The position numbers were made by a program, and so were the translations under genes. A stretch of DNA of 64,000 bases, from positions 7,192,001-7,256,000 of the forward strand of contig OZ024741.1 in the NCBI GenBank assembly GCA_964016885.1, written 5' to 3'. Below, in pieces: positions 23,381-38,832 of this stretch (positions are counted from its first letter, which is position 1; each line of letters begins with the position of its first letter). This DNA is from Eledone cirrhosa. Its lineage: Eukaryota. The notes beneath the pieces were generated by a model. That model saw only the letters and a list, made by a program, of their open reading frames with translations. It was not told where the DNA came from and ran no database searches.

Positions 23381-23598
23381 AAAATAAAGTTAAATAAAAG
23401 TCAAATGATTAAAATTTAGCTTCGTTTATTACTGCTATATATATTTCAGTGACAGCCATCTTTGGCTGTGACCTCTTCAGGCAGTTTGAATTAGTATGGT
23501 ATAGACAAGTACATATGTTGTTTAGGTGTATGATATTGTCAATACTCTGATATGCCCAGTTCCTTGTTGGGTTGTTAATTCACTGGGGAACTGGAGTC
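23381..23598 (-). mobile_element. 3' end of the PLE family at 14590-14780, with hammerhead
   Basis: Reverse complement of about 14590-14780. Confidence 0.88.
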
Positions 23599-23910
23599 AT
23601 TTTACACTACTCCGGAGTAACCAAACCAACCTGCGCACTTCGTCGAGTGCTCCAGCCTGCATACTGAGGTGTTGGTATACAACCAACATAAACTCAAAAT
23701 CTATTTTACACTACTCCGGAGTAACCAAACCAACCTGCGCACTTCGTCGAGTGCTCCAGCCTACATACTGAGGTGTTGGTATACAACCAACATAAACTCA
23801 AAATCTATTTTACACTACTCTGGAGTAACCAAACCAACCTGCGCACTTCGTCGAGTGCTCCAGCCTGCATACTGAGGTGTTGGTATACAACCAACATAAA
23901 CTCAAAATCT
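23599..23910 (+). repeat. Three tandem 104-bp units carrying the bulged stem-loop
   Basis: Units start at 23599, 23703 and 23807, nearly identical. Confidence 0.93.
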
Positions 23911-23964
23911 ATATATACATATATATATATACATATATCTACATATATATATATATATACATAT

Positions 23965-25976
23965 CAACACATCAACTTGACTGCCATTTCATCACTAGAG
24001 ATTAAAAAACATAACCTCCAAAACAACATAATGTCCCTCATCAACAATCAGAGAAGAGCTGAAGAGGCCTGGGCCATTGAGAAGATCAAACTCAATCCCA
24101 AAGTGTTCTTTTCATTTGCAAAAAAACACAAAATCACTGGTTCTACTGTTGGCCCTCTAATTGATGAAAATGGCACTCTTCAAGACAATGCTAAAACCAT
24201 GGGTGAGATACTGCAGAAACAATACTGCTCTGTTTTCAGCAATCCTGATATGGCCGATCTGGGCTGAATCGGCGATGTTACTCCCCATTACACCTTATCG
24301 AACATAACGTTTGGCGCCCCTGGTGTCTTAGCGGCAATAAAGGAAATCAAGCATAATTCAGCAGTAGGTCCCGATAGGTTCCCTGCTTGTGTCTTGAAGG
24401 CGTGTCAACACCAACTTGCATCTCCTCTTGACAATCTGTGGCGGAACTCACTGGATGCTGGATATGTGCCAGAAAACCTTCTATCCCAGTCTGTTGTCCC
24501 AGTTTTCAAAAAGGGAAACAAATCCCTTGCCGTGAATTACCGTCCAATCTCACTCACCTCTCATATCATTAAGGTATTTGAGAGAGTGGTGAGATCGCGA
24601 ATGACCCACTTCCTTGAGAGTAACAATATGCTGAACTCCAACCAGCATGGATTCCGTAATGGAAGGGATTGCCTGACGCAGCTACTGCATCACTTTGATG
24701 ACATTTTGAGAGCCTTGGGAGAGGGTTCCAACACTGATGTTATCTACCTTGATTTCAGCAAGGCCTTTGACAGGGTTGATCATAACATTCTACTGAGAAA
24801 GCTGTCCAATATTGGTGTCACTGGAAAGCTGCTGCAGTGGATCATTCCTGTCAAATAGAACCCAACATGTTGTAGTTGAGGGAGTCAAATCCAGCCCAGC
24901 CAAAGTCAGTAGTGGGATCCCACAAGGCACTGTGTTGGGCCCACTTCTCTTCATCATCTATATTAATGACATCACTGACATCATCAAACACAGCAACATT
25001 AAAATTTTCGCTGATGATTCCAAGCTCCAAAAGGTCATCAATGGCGTGGATGACCGGATAAGCCTTCAGTCAGACCTACTGGCTGTTACCCAATGGGCGG
25101 AAAAGAACATGTTACTGAACGAAGACAAATTCGAACTGATCCACTTTGGAAAAGAGGATGCTCTGAAACTCCCGTACTACCTTCCCTCCGGGGAAACTCT
25201 CGTGGCATCTAACAACATCAGAGACTTGGGAGTAACCGTGGACAGCAACATAAGCTGGGCCACGCATATAGGCAGCAAAGTTGACATGGCCCGCAGAATG
25301 TGTTCCTGGATCCTCAGAACCTTCCAGTCGAGAGATTCCCACACCATTATCCTTCTCTTCTCTACTTTTGCCCGACCACACCTTGAATACTGTTGTCCAC
25401 TGTGGTCTCCCCACACGAAACAAAGTATCATGAAACTTGAAGCTCCTCAAAGGGCAATCACGAAAAAGATAGATGGCATGTCAGACCTTGACTACTGGGG
25501 TCGACTAGAAAACCTGAAACTTTACTCACTCCAACGTCGCCGTGAGCGTTATATTATCTGCATGATGTGGAAAATGTTCCATCATCACTGCCCAAATGAT
25601 GTTGGCATCGCCTTCAAGATACACCCAAGGCTTGGGCCCCGTGCTATCCGTCCCATTCAAAAATCTAAATCGCAACTCATAACAACAATACGGCACAATT
25701 ATTTCACCTCAATCGGCCCTGCTCTCTTCAACATCACACCAGGACACGTCAAAACAGAAACTGACCACACAAAATTCAAGAAGTCTTTGGACAAATTCCT
25801 CCAAGTAATCCCGGACAAACCACCCACACCCGGATATGTCTCCGCAAACAGTAATTCTCTTCTCGAATGGGCCATGGTGCCCAAATCCTGAATTGAAAGA
25901 CTTCGCCAGGTGGTGCTATTAAGTTAGACATGGCCTGGGCCAATACTGGCCAAAACATTTCAAAGTTATTCAAAGT

Positions 25977-25978
<2 letters not shown>
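23965..25978 (+). pseudogene. CR1/L2-group LINE family 2, decayed RT
   Basis: [46 protein letters not shown]; stop at 24265-24267, frameshift near 24845; tail ttcaaagtta x2. Confidence 0.9.
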
Positions 25979-26034
<56 letters not shown>

Positions 26035-26035
26035 C

Positions 26036-26090
<55 letters not shown>

Positions 26091-26101
26091 CATATATATA
26101 C

Positions 26102-26132
<31 letters not shown>

Positions 26133-26133
26133 C

Positions 26134-26180
<47 letters not shown>

Positions 26181-26471
26181 CATATATATACATATATATA
26201 TACATATATATATATATACATATATATATACATATATATATAAAAATGTAGAATGATCGCTACATATATATATATACATATATATATATATACATATATA
26301 TACATATATATATACATATATATATATATACATATATATATACATATATATATAAAAATGTAGAATGATCGCTACATATATATATATACATATATATATA
26401 TACATATATATACATATATATATAAATATATATACATATATATATACATATATATACATATATATATATAC

Positions 26472-26512
<41 letters not shown>

Positions 26513-26597
26513 CATATATATACATATATATATACATATATATACATATAAATATGTATACATATATATACATATATATATATATACATATATATAC

Positions 26598-26644
<47 letters not shown>

Positions 26645-26683
26645 TATACATATATATATGTATACATATATATATAAATAAAC

Positions 26684-26730
<47 letters not shown>

Positions 26731-26762
26731 CATATATATGTATATACATATATATCTATATC

Positions 26763-26793
<31 letters not shown>

Positions 26794-26846
26794 ATTACAT
26801 ATATATATATACATATATATACATATATATATACATATATATATAC

Positions 26847-26879
<33 letters not shown>

Positions 26880-26904
26880 CATATATATATACATATATAT
26901 ATAC

Positions 26905-26937
<33 letters not shown>

Positions 26938-27005
26938 CATATATATATACATATATATATACATATATATATATATACATATATATATATGTATATATAT
27001 ATACA

Positions 27006-29582
27006 TTGGACAGTGATGTGAATGCCGAGGAGTTCCATGAGGAGGTGTGTAGAGCTGTCAACACCACTCAGGCACACAATATCCTGCTTGTTTTGGGGGA
27101 CTTCCATGCACATCTGAGTAAGGAAGGCAGTGAAGATCCTTGCTGGTACTTCCATAACAACACCAACCGAAATGGAAGACTACTGAGAGACACCCTGCTG
27201 GAGGCGAACTTGATGGCGACCAACCTAAGGTTTAGGAAGAATCTGGGGAAGATGTGGACCTACATCTCAGATATGCATCTGTCCAAGTCCCAGATTGATT
27301 TCATTCTGGTGAGGAAAAAGTGGCGGAATAGTGTTCTGAACACGGAACCATACAGCTATTTCAGTACACTGGGTAGTGACCACCGGCTTGTTATGAGTGA
27401 GGTCCGCGTGAGCTTAATAAAGAGCAAGGCTCAGCCCCGGAGAACAATCTATGACTGGGGAGCTTTCAAGGAAGATGATAAGCTACAGGAGAGGTTCACA
27501 GTGGAAGTGAGAAACAGGTTTAGTGTTCTGTGTGGAGAGTCAGAGGAGAGAGAGATTGGATGGACTGAGGAGAGTGTGACGAGGAGGTACGGGCACTTCA
27601 CCAATGCAGTGGCGAAAGCAAGTGAAACCCTGGTGCCGAGGAAAAAGAACAAAGGGAAGCACGTCAGCTCTGCAAACCCAAAAGTGTGTGCAGCCAGAGA
27701 ACACCTGAAAGCTGCCAGGGACCAATTCTATGCTGATCCTACGGAGGAGAGGATGGAGACTGTGGAGGTGATGAGGGAAGAGCTCTGTACCGCTTACACT
27801 GAGGTCAGAGAGGAGGCACTGATAGAGAAGATCAGAAGTGTGGAGAGAGCGGTTGACAGATCTGGATGTAAGGAGAGCTGGATGATCATCAACGAGATCA
27901 CAGGGAGGAAGAAAAGGTGTTCGAGTCAGATCCAGGGAACGGGGCCCGAGGATAGGAAGAGGAAATGGCTAGACCATTTTAGGACCCTACTAGGAGAGCC
28001 ACCCTCCACAGCCCAGAGCACTGGGGAGATCAGGCGGCTGTTTGAGGAACTGGATGTTGAAACAGAGCCCTTCACCAGAGAGGAGCTTCAGAGAGCCAAG
28101 AAGAAGATCAAGGAGGGCAAGGCTCATGGAGAAGATGGAGTGGCATCAGAGGTGATGAAGAGGTGTGATTTTGATGATATCATCCTGGGGTTCTGTAACG
28201 GGGCACTGGAGAAAGGAGTTGCCCCGAATCAGTGGAGGATCAGTAACATCGTTCCAGTGCCAAAGAAGGGAGATCTCTCTAACACCAACAACTACCGGGG
28301 GATCTCACTGACGTCACTTGTGGCAAAGACCCTCAACAGGATGATTCTTAACAGGATCCAGCCTGAGATGGAGAAGAAGCTCAGGGACAACCAGAACGGC
28401 TTCAGAGAGGGTAGATCAACCACCAGTCACATCCTGATGCTGAGGAGGATATTAGAGGGAGCTAGAGCAAAGTGCCTTCCTGCGGTCATGGTTTTCATTG
28501 ACTTTAGGAAGGCCTTTGATTCTGTGGACCGTTACTGCCTGATGAAGATCTTACAGGCTTATGGAATCCCCAAGAGGATAGTGGACCTGATATCACTGCT
28601 CTACACCAACACCAAAGCCCAAGTCATTACACCTGATGGGATGACAGAGTTCTTTGAGATACTGGCTGGAGTTCTCCAGGGAGATACATTGGCTCCCTAC
28701 CTTTTTATCATCGTAGTGGACTATTGTATGCGCCTTGCACTGGAGAAACACCAGGACTCTGGCTTTACTGTAGCACCGGCTCAGAGCAGGAGAGTTGGGG
28801 CGAAAAAGGTATCGGATGCTGAATTTGCCGATGACATAGTTTTGGTGACAAATACAGTGAAGGAGGCAGAGGATTTGATGCGGGAGGTTGAGACTGTGTC
28901 GATGAGTGTGGGGCTGAGAATGAATGAGACTAAAACAAAATATCTGGTAGAGAATGTTGAGAAGCCAGAGGGGATCACTAATGTAGGCGGGAAGCCGCTG
29001 GAATTGGTTGAGGACTTCATGTATTTGGGAGTAAAGATTGGGAATACGGAAGATGATGTGGTTGAGAGGAAGAGCAAGGCCTGGGCGGCGTGTCACAGCT
29101 TGAGATCGGTGTGGAAGTCGGACCTTCGTAGAGACCTGAAAATCCGCCTCTTCATTGCTGTAGTGGAGTCTGTGCTGCTGTATGGGTCTGAGACTTGGAC
29201 ACTGACCAAGAGACTCACTCAGATGGTGGATGGGTGCTACACGAGAATGCTGAGGATGGCTCTGAACATTAATCAGTATACACTGAGGATGAAAAACTCA
29301 GAGCTGTATGGGAGCATCCCAAAAGTCAGCTCAAAAGTGACACAGAGGAGACTGAGGTTGGCTGGACATGCTCACCGACATCCAGAGTTGACATTGCACT
29401 CAGTGCTCCTTTGGGAGCCCCTACATGGACACACTAGAAGGGGAAGACCAAGGTTAACATATGTGGATGCCCTAAGGACAGACACTGGTCTGTTGGAGAT
29501 GCAGGATATGGCAGCGATAATGAGGGACAGAGACCGCTGGAGAGAACTCGTCCATGGATCTCGGGAATTTTACCCGCCTTAG
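27006..29582 (+). CDS. RTE-clade LINE ORF (partial APE endonuclease + RT), 5'-truncated, stop-free 858 aa
   Basis: LGDFHAH, SQIDFIL, SDHRLV; [53 protein letters not shown]. Confidence 0.93.
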   Translation: MDSDVNAEEFHEEVCRAVNTTQAHNILLVLGDFHAHLSKEGSEDPCWYFHNNTNRNGRLLRDTLLEANLMATNLRFRKNLGKMWTYISDMHLSKSQIDFILVRKKWRNSVLNTEPYSYFSTLGSDHRLVMSEVRVSLIKSKAQPRRTIYDWGAFKEDDKLQERFTVEVRNRFSVLCGESEEREIGWTEESVTRRYGHFTNAVAKASETLVPRKKNKGKHVSSANPKVCAAREHLKAARDQFYADPTEERMETVEVMREELCTAYTEVREEALIEKIRSVERAVDRSGCKESWMIINEITGRKKRCSSQIQGTGPEDRKRKWLDHFRTLLGEPPSTAQSTGEIRRLFEELDVETEPFTREELQRAKKKIKEGKAHGEDGVASEVMKRCDFDDIILGFCNGALEKGVAPNQWRISNIVPVPKKGDLSNTNNYRGISLTSLVAKTLNRMILNRIQPEMEKKLRDNQNGFREGRSTTSHILMLRRILEGARAKCLPAVMVFIDFRKAFDSVDRYCLMKILQAYGIPKRIVDLISLLYTNTKAQVITPDGMTEFFEILAGVLQGDTLAPYLFIIVVDYCMRLALEKHQDSGFTVAPAQSRRVGAKKVSDAEFADDIVLVTNTVKEAEDLMREVETVSMSVGLRMNETKTKYLVENVEKPEGITNVGGKPLELVEDFMYLGVKIGNTEDDVVERKSKAWAACHSLRSVWKSDLRRDLKIRLFIAVVESVLLYGSETWTLTKRLTQMVDGCYTRMLRMALNINQYTLRMKNSELYGSIPKVSSKVTQRRLRLAGHAHRHPELTLHSVLLWEPLHGHTRRGRPRLTYVDALRTDTGLLEMQDMAAIMRDRDRWRELVHGSREFYPP

Positions 29583-29595
29583 ATATATATACATC

Positions 29596-29679
<84 letters not shown>

Positions 29680-29700
29680 AATATAGAGATATATATATAC

Positions 29701-29829
<129 letters not shown>

Positions 29830-29852
29830 CATATATATATAAAATATATACA

Positions 29853-29884
<32 letters not shown>

Positions 29885-29885
29885 A

Positions 29886-29950
<65 letters not shown>

Positions 29951-30049
29951 CATATATATTTATTAAAATAATAGATTAAAGTTTAAGCAAAGAATCGCTG
30001 CTTTCACCCTTAACGGGATCTTCTGAAACTCCTATATATATATATATAT

Positions 30050-30222
<173 letters not shown>

Positions 30223-30223
30223 C

Positions 30224-30254
<31 letters not shown>

Positions 30255-30257
30255 CAT

Positions 30258-30308
30258 ATGATGATGGCTGCCCCCTCGTTATCGAGTATGGCCATTGCAC
30301 GAGAAGAA

Positions 30309-30339
<31 letters not shown>

Positions 30340-30349
30340 GAAAAAAAAG

Positions 30350-30380
<31 letters not shown>

Positions 30381-31095
30381 CACATACACACACACACTCA
30401 CACACACATATACACACACACATACATTAATAACAATAATAATAATAATAATAACAACAATAATAATAACGACAACAACAATAATAATATGCATATACAT
30501 ATATATATACACACACACGCACACACAAGCATATCTACACATACACACACACACACGATAGCAACTAACAGCGCTGCGATCGAATGTGGCTTTTTTGCCC
30601 AGCCAATGATCTAAAATGTCTTGCACAGAGACGGCAACCAAAACATTCACTGGGAATAGTCGGCTGTGGTTGGAGTTCGTGTACTTTTGCATGTCGCTTG
30701 AGCCCTCCTGCTGATTTACATTCTCTACCACATGTTTGGCAAGCATGATGAGTAGCATCTCCAACAGCAGCCTGGTAGTCAACCACTGGTCTTACTTTAT
30801 GACTGCGAAAATGACTTTCGAGTCCAGCTTTGCTTAGGCAGAGTCTCGCACAGACGCTGCATGTTAACACCATAGGAGGACCCTTGCCGTCTGGAAGTGC
30901 AACAGCAATGCCCTTCCTCACATCCCGCTTTACTTTCTCGTATGCGATACGAGATGCCTCAAAGGCAACTTTTCCCTCATATACAGTCTTTCTCCATTTA
31001 TTACGATCAGCAGCAATATTTTCCCATGTATCAGCAGAGATGTTAGCGTCTTTCAGAGAGGCTTTCAAGGAATCCTTATACCTCTTTTTTGGTTT
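30258..31095 (-). mobile_element. 3' end of a second RTE/BovB-like LINE with C-terminal C2H2 fingers
   Basis: [22 protein letters not shown]; CSVC..H..H, CQTC..H..H, CRLC..H. Confidence 0.8.
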
Positions 31096-31176
31096 ATGTG
31101 TATGTATATATATATACATATATATACATACATATATATACATATATATATATATACATATATATCTCTCTATACA

Positions 31177-31234
<58 letters not shown>

Positions 31235-31258
31235 CATATATATATACATATATATACA

Positions 31259-31301
<43 letters not shown>

Positions 31302-31304
<3 letters not shown>

Positions 31305-31518
31305 GTGTTGCTGAGTGGTTAGAGAATTGGATTCGCAATCGTAAGGTTGTGAGTTCGATTCCTGGACCAGGCGATGAGTTATGTCCTTGAGCAAGACACT
31401 TTATTTCACGTTGCTCCTTCTACCTGGAGTTGCGACCGATAGATAGTATTAGCACTTGGAAAGACAAATGGAAACATTGTTCCCTCGGTCCGATTTGATG
31501 AAAGTCGATCGTTCCTTA
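31302..31518 (+). mobile_element. tRNA-derived SINE
   Basis: A box TGCTGAGTGG, B box GTTCGATTCC, CORE/Meta-like gtccttgagcaagacacttta. Confidence 0.85.
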
Positions 31519-31552
31519 AATATATATATATACATATATATATATATACATT

Positions 31553-31586
<34 letters not shown>

Positions 31587-31832
31587 CATATATATATACA
31601 TATGTTCAATTAACACTTAGAATTTAATATTCTATCTTAATATTCTATCATACTATTTCATTATAATACCATTATATATATTTTAAAGGATTGTAAATAA
31701 AACGAGTAAATCAGACAAAGTTGGAATTCCTCTTATTAATATAATCTTCTATACACAATCATACACACCCGTGTATATTTACCTATCTATATCTATATAT
31801 ATACATATATATATATACATATATATATATAC

Positions 31833-31869
<37 letters not shown>

Positions 31870-32039
31870 CATATATACATATATATATATACATACACAT
31901 ATATAAACATATATATACATATATATATACATACATATATATATATACATATATATATACATATATATATACATATATATACATATATATATACACATAT
32001 ATATACATATATATATACATATATATATATACATATATA

Positions 32040-32940
32040 GTAATAATAATAAATTTGAAGACTAAAATCCAAAGAGGGCTCGATAAGGATAAATATATAT
32101 CAAATATATAAGAACCGTAGAGCAAATATTTATTAAAATAACAGATTAAAGTTTAAGCAAAGAATCGCTACTTTCACCCTTAACGGGATCTTCTGAAACT
32201 AACAAAGTCAATCTGTAAACGCAGAACTGGATATTTCATGTAGGTATATGTAGGTATGTGTGTGCGCTTGTTATATACGTATTTATTTATTTATATACGT
32301 TTATATAATTATTTATTTATTTGTATACACGCATACACACACACACACACATATTTATATGTGCGTGGTTTTGTATACCCATGGTAAGGTTTGGCGTATG
32401 CTTGTGTATGTACGTATTTGTTTGCGTGTATGTATTTATTTATTTCTATTACTTCTGTATTTTATTTATTTATTTTGTTCTTAACTCTGTAGCGGAGATT
32501 CATTTGGTTTCCTAGTTAGAATTTTAGTCTACGATTTCTGCTATACCATTTACGTGGTTTTGTTTTTGCGTGCTATTGTTCTCTACGCTCCACATATGAC
32601 GTATTATCTTCGTTTTTTCGTTCATTGCCAGGAACGTCTCTATGCACCACCTAAGAGAACATTAGTCTACGACCTCTTTTATACCATAAACGTTCTGTCT
32701 TGGCGCGTAATTGTTTTTCACCGCTCCTATTAATGACGTATTATTCGTATATTCCCGTTCTTTGCCAGCGAACGTTACCACGAACCAAAGTATCGTCTTC
32801 CTGTCTTCCCCCGCTTGCAACGTTTTTTTGAAATATCCAGTTCTGCGTTTACAGATTGACTTTGTTAGTTTCAGAAGATCCCGTTAAGGGTGAAAGCAGC
32901 GATTCTTTGCTTAAACTTTAATCTGTTATTTTAATAAATA
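32040..32940 (+). mobile_element. Family A fold-back insertion
   Basis: Tail 32040-32125, short inverted arm 32126-32237, long arm 32238-32940 ending in (TA)n. Confidence 0.85.
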
Positions 32941-33073
32941 TATACATATATATATACATATATATATATACATATATATACATATATATATACATATATA
33001 TATATATACATATATATATATACATATATATACATATATACATATATATATATACATATATATATATACATAT

Positions 33074-33184
<111 letters not shown>

Positions 33185-33203
33185 CATATATATACATATA
33201 TAC

Positions 33204-33237
<34 letters not shown>

Positions 33238-33309
33238 GCATATATATAAAAATGTAGAATGATCGCTACATATATATATATACATATATAAACATATATA
33301 TATATACAT

Positions 33310-33762
33310 AGAAAGTTATATTTAAATTGTTGGGTTACAACTAGTAAATATTTATAACTGATATAAAAGCACTCGACAAGTATTTGGAGTATATTTACAA
33401 TATTAAATAAATGGAAACTATATTTATAAAACCATATTTATTTCATTATATATATTTCAGGGATATCATATTAACAATATGCTATGCCTTCCTCAGACAA
33501 AATACAATATAAACAGTTTTATAGATAAATAGATTTGACATACCGTAACAACATCGACTTGTATTTGAAAAACTGCCAATTCAACTTTTTCAAATACAAG
33601 TCGATGTTGTTACGGTATGTCAAATCTATTTATCTATAAAACTGTTTATATTGTATTTTGTCTGAGGAAGGCATAGCATATTGTTAATATGATATCCCTG
33701 AAATATATATAATGAAATAAATATGGTTTTATAAATATAGTTTCCATTTATTTAATATTGTA
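33310..33762 (+). mobile_element. Fold-back mini-element of the PLE family at 34285-38060
   Basis: Tail 33310-33397, arms centred about 33580, hammerhead 33654-33719 (CTGAGGA...GAAA TATATA TA). Confidence 0.88.
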
Positions 33763-33853
33763 TATATATACATATATATATATAGACATATATTTACATA
33801 TATATATATACATATATATATATATATGCATATATATATATATACATATATAC

Positions 33854-33887
<34 letters not shown>

Positions 33888-34004
33888 GGCGTGTGGCTGA
33901 GTGGTTAGAGAATTGGATTCGCAATCGTAAGGTTGTGAGTTCGATTCCTGGACCAGGCGATGCGTTATGTCCTTGAGCATTTGACGAAAGTCGATCGTTC
34001 CTTA
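33888..34004 (+). mobile_element. Internally deleted copy of the SINE at 31302
   Basis: Same head and 3' end, about 100 bp missing after gtccttgagca. Confidence 0.85.
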
Positions 34005-34005
34005 A

Positions 34006-34068
<63 letters not shown>

Positions 34069-34081
34069 CATATATATATAC

Positions 34082-34113
<32 letters not shown>

Positions 34114-34130
34114 GTATATATATATATGTG

Positions 34131-34237
<107 letters not shown>

Positions 34238-34284
34238 GTATATATATATACATATATACATATATATCTATATATACATATATA

Positions 34285-37200
34285 TACGATACTAAACAAA
34301 TGGAAACTATATTTATAAAACCATATTTATTTCATTATACATATTTCGGGGATACCATATTAAAAATATGGCATGCCTTCTTCAGATAAAATACAATATA
34401 TAAACAGTTTTATAAATAATTTTGACGTACCATAAATATTGATCAACTTTTATGTAAGAAGTTGGTTTGGTAGTGAAATGTTTATAAATATTTAGTGTTA
34501 AGCACAGTTAAAAAGAAAGACGGAGAAAAAGAAGAGATGTATGTAAAGAAAAACAGAGAGAAATAGAGAGAGATAGGGGAGAGAGAAATAGTGAGGAGGT
34601 GAAAAAAGAGAAGCAGCTGAGGCAACAGATGAATAATAATAATTCATCATACAAATTGAGAGATTTAGGAGGGAGGGAGTACTGTACTTATTTAGTTATA
34701 GTGTTAAGGAGACGGAGAGAAATAAAAAATGAAGTGAAAACAGAGAGAGAAAGATAGAGGTGGGGGGAAAAGAGGTAGACCAAATAATAATAATTATTAT
34801 ATATGGGGAGGTGAGAGAAATAGGAGAGAAGTAAGAGAGAAAACAAGAGAGAAACTGGAGAGGTAAAGTTAAAATAACCGATACTTAGACTTCATCAAAT
34901 ATAAAGAGGGAGGAGAAGAAAGAGCTATATCTAGAGAGAGGGATGATAGATTTACATCTTTACGTTATGTCCTATCAATTTGAATTATCAATTCATATGA
35001 ATTGGGTAAATAATGTAAATATCAATATTCATGAATGAGACATAGATATATAATGTGTGAAAAATAATGACCATATGTTTAGTTTAAAATTCTGAGGTCG
35101 ATGTACCAAAAACTGAGATAAAACTTCAAAAAATACGGAAATAAATAAGTATATATGTACTTTCTGGAAAAGGAAAGAAAGAGAAAAAGAGAAGGTCATC
35201 TCAAGTTCTAGTTGATACTATAGACATACCCATGATCTTACGTGATCAACTCTGTAATTTCTTGTTTCACAGAAAAAAATTTGTTTCCCTTGTGTTATAA
35301 AAGATTCTACTATATACATATATACATAAAAAAAATATATATATATACATAAAAAATATATATTAATACTCCTGCCCTCACATACATGATTATCGTTCAT
35401 GTATAGAATATTATGCATATCTGTAACATATCCAGAGCTATACCCACACATACATATATATATATATATATGTATGCACACATATATGTGTACATGGACA
35501 GATAAAGTAAGCAGATAAAATAAAATATACTCTGTAATCATTCCATATTCATATTAATACATATGGCCTTTGTACAGAGACAACCAGATATTAATATATC
35601 AGCACAGAGATATCAAAACGTTAAAAATATTTTCATCACTCCCTAGAGTATCTAGGGCCGTAAAAAACACAGTATGCACCCCATATCAACCACAGAAATC
35701 TACCCTTCCAATTTATCTGACAATATATTGCCAAGTTCATTAGAAGCAATCAGAATCAAAAAGCAAACAAAAAACCAAAAATTATTCAACAAAACTTATT
35801 TAGCAGAAATCATTTAAAAGATTTAGGAGACCCTGTTGTTCTACAGATGCTCTTATATTTAGTATAGAAGTTTATCTAGCGTAAAATTTATTCAATAGAT
35901 TGGGAGCATCTACATTTTAGGGTAGTTTAATTACATCATTAGTATATATTTATGAAGAAGGTTTAAAAGAAAAAGTTGAAGGAATCGAAAGATTTATCGT
36001 CAGGTTTCATACATTAATTAAATATCTTAACTAATTATACTACATTTTAAATTTATATTTATATTTAAACGTTGAGTTCAATCTATGTCTGCAGCAACTG
36101 AATAAATTGCTCCTTAAATTAAGGGAATTTTTAGATTTTAATATAAAGAATATCTCCTCCACACAGAGGTCACATGTCTCAGATGAGGAATTAAAAGGAA
36201 TCCCTCTTGAGACAATATTCCAAAACATCGAATACCCAACGTTATCATGTTTAAGTTGCCAGAGTAAGCCTGATAGTGAAGTTGAAGATTTCTTGTTTGG
36301 ATCTGTGAAAGAATTCTTATGATTATTGTAGCGAAGTTTAAATTCTGTCGAGGTGGAACCAACATAGTTAAAAGAATTTAAGTTAGTTTTAACATTACAA
36401 TTGTATATTATATTTTTAACTAAGCAATTGCTATTTAACGGACATTTAGATTTATTTCTACAGTTACAGTTGTTTAATTGAATATTGTTTTGGCTATTAT
36501 CGGTATTTTGGCTAGGTTTTAGATTCCTATTATTTATTCTGTTAATATTTTGTGCTAAATTTTTGGTGGACGAGTAAGTTAATTTTATAGTATGTCTATT
36601 AAAAATTGAGTGATATTTATGTGTTCTAGGGAAGCGTTTGTCAAGAGCATTAAAAAATAGTTTAGCAATGTGGGTTTTAATATTTAGTGAGAAAGGGGGT
36701 GCAAACCATATTATATTTCTAGTTCTATTTCTTTTCTGGCTTTTGGAATTATTGTAATGTTTTCTATTATAGTTGTTAAAGTTGTTACCGTAATTAAAAT
36801 TGTTATTATTTTGGTTAGTTTGCCTATTATTATCGATGTACTTAATTTTATCACTATATCCTGCTCTAGCTAACGCTTCATTGTAATACTGCGCTTTTTC
36901 GTCGAAAATATTTTTATTAGATGAAATTCTTGAGATACGTTCTTGAACAGAGTTCACTATAGTATTTTAAACAGATCTGGGGTGATTAGAGTTAAAATTG
37001 ACATAATTCAAGTTTTCATTTAGTTTGTGAAATGGATAGTGAAGACATGTGTTGAGATTTAGTGTTACATCTAGGAAATTGACTATTCTATGGTTATTCT
37101 CTATTTCTATTTTTAGATTAAGGTAATTAAAAAATTGTATAATTTGTTTTCTTTTTCTATTTAGTTCAGAGTTATTATTTTCAATAAGTAAAAGCATGTC

Positions 37201-38060
37201 ATCACGATATAATCCTCCGGTTACACCAGGTATTTTTCTATGCAGCGAATTAATTATAAATAGGCCCACAAGGTCCGTTACCTGAGCTGAGTCAGATGAT
37301 CCCATAGTAATGTCGAAATTATTATCTCTATCTACCCTAGTCCATAGTTGGTTATTAAATTCTATCAATGTTTTCCTTGCCGATAATATAATGTGCATTT
37401 CCTTGCTAGTTAGGTCTGTATGTTTGAATGCGTAATTTAGTGCCTTATTCAGTAGATTAGGGGTAATAGATGAATAGTAGTTAGCAATATCTAGTTGAAT
37501 AAATTTATTATTATTGTTATATTTAATTTCTTTAAACCACTCAATAACCTCACCAGTCCCCTTCCATAAGTTTAAGTTAGGTAAATTATGTAAGTTTTTA
37601 ATTTGCTGTATCACCCTGTCTAGAATGTTTTTGCTAAGTTTACCCAGGTCAGATTTTGATGGTGCAATCAATCTGACTGGCAAATCATTTTCAAAATTTC
37701 TTTTGTGATCTTTCATATTGATCTTGGGTTTCCTAGGCAAGAAGGGTTGTGTTTTGTTCTCAATGTCCAACTCATGCATTATACAAGATGCCTCAACATT
37801 CATTTTTTCCAGTTCGTCCTTATCTGCTACCTTGTACTTTTTCCTTAGTTCTTTCAGTATAAGGCCATTATACATGTCTTTATGCACTCCATAAAGGTTG
37901 TTGGTTTTGTCCGATTTCACCAAGATCTTCTCTGTTCTCTCCAAGCCTTCAATATTATCCTTAATGCTTCTTAGATAGTCCTGAAACTTGTTGAGTGCTT
38001 TATATCAGTTATAAAATATTTACTTGTTGTAACCCAACAATTTTAAATAATACTTTTGCA
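34285..38060 (-). mobile_element. Penelope-like element: RT + GIY-YIG, 1.7-kb 3' UTR with hammerhead (34328-34393), inverted tail at the 5' end (37985-38060)
   Basis: Both ORFs, plus terminal sequences shared with the hairpins at 33310 and 45368. Confidence 0.9.
36040..37944 (-). pseudogene. PLE RT-GIY-YIG ORF split by a frameshift near 36960
   Basis: KSDKTNN, KDHK, PVRLI, QLDIANYYSSI, MGSSDSA, LYRDD, FLDVTL, SNHP; IIWFAPPF, CNC..CPL..CL, IIY..YVGST, CDLCVEE. Confidence 0.92.
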
Positions 38061-38069
38061 CATATATAT

Positions 38070-38199
<130 letters not shown>

Positions 38200-38487
38200 A
38201 GGGGGAGAAAAAACCCCCACCACACCACAGACATGTTAAATCCCTATATATAGAACAACACATCAGTTTGACAAGCGCACCTCAGCGTGAAAGGTCGTTC
38301 TAAAGACGAAACAATACCTCCTACGTTAACCAACAACCCCTAAGACCTAACCAACAACCAACAACTTAATTTATAAAATAATTCTTTTTAAGAAAACATT
38401 TTTTTTCTTATCCGGAAAAAAATTGTTTTTGGATTTTGTGAAGAAAATAAATTTGTTGAAAGCACAAGTGAAGGATTACACACATTT

Positions 38488-38634
<147 letters not shown>

Positions 38635-38710
38635 TATATATATATACACATATATATATGTATATATATATATGTATATGTATATATATATATGTATATA
38701 TGTATATATG

Positions 38711-38832
<122 letters not shown>

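Noticed and set aside
23599-23910. 104-bp repeats as CRISPR
   Set aside because: Whole units repeat; no spacers or cas genes
38280-38320. GTC..GAC GAAA motif in a short island
   Set aside because: Core and stem I not recoverable
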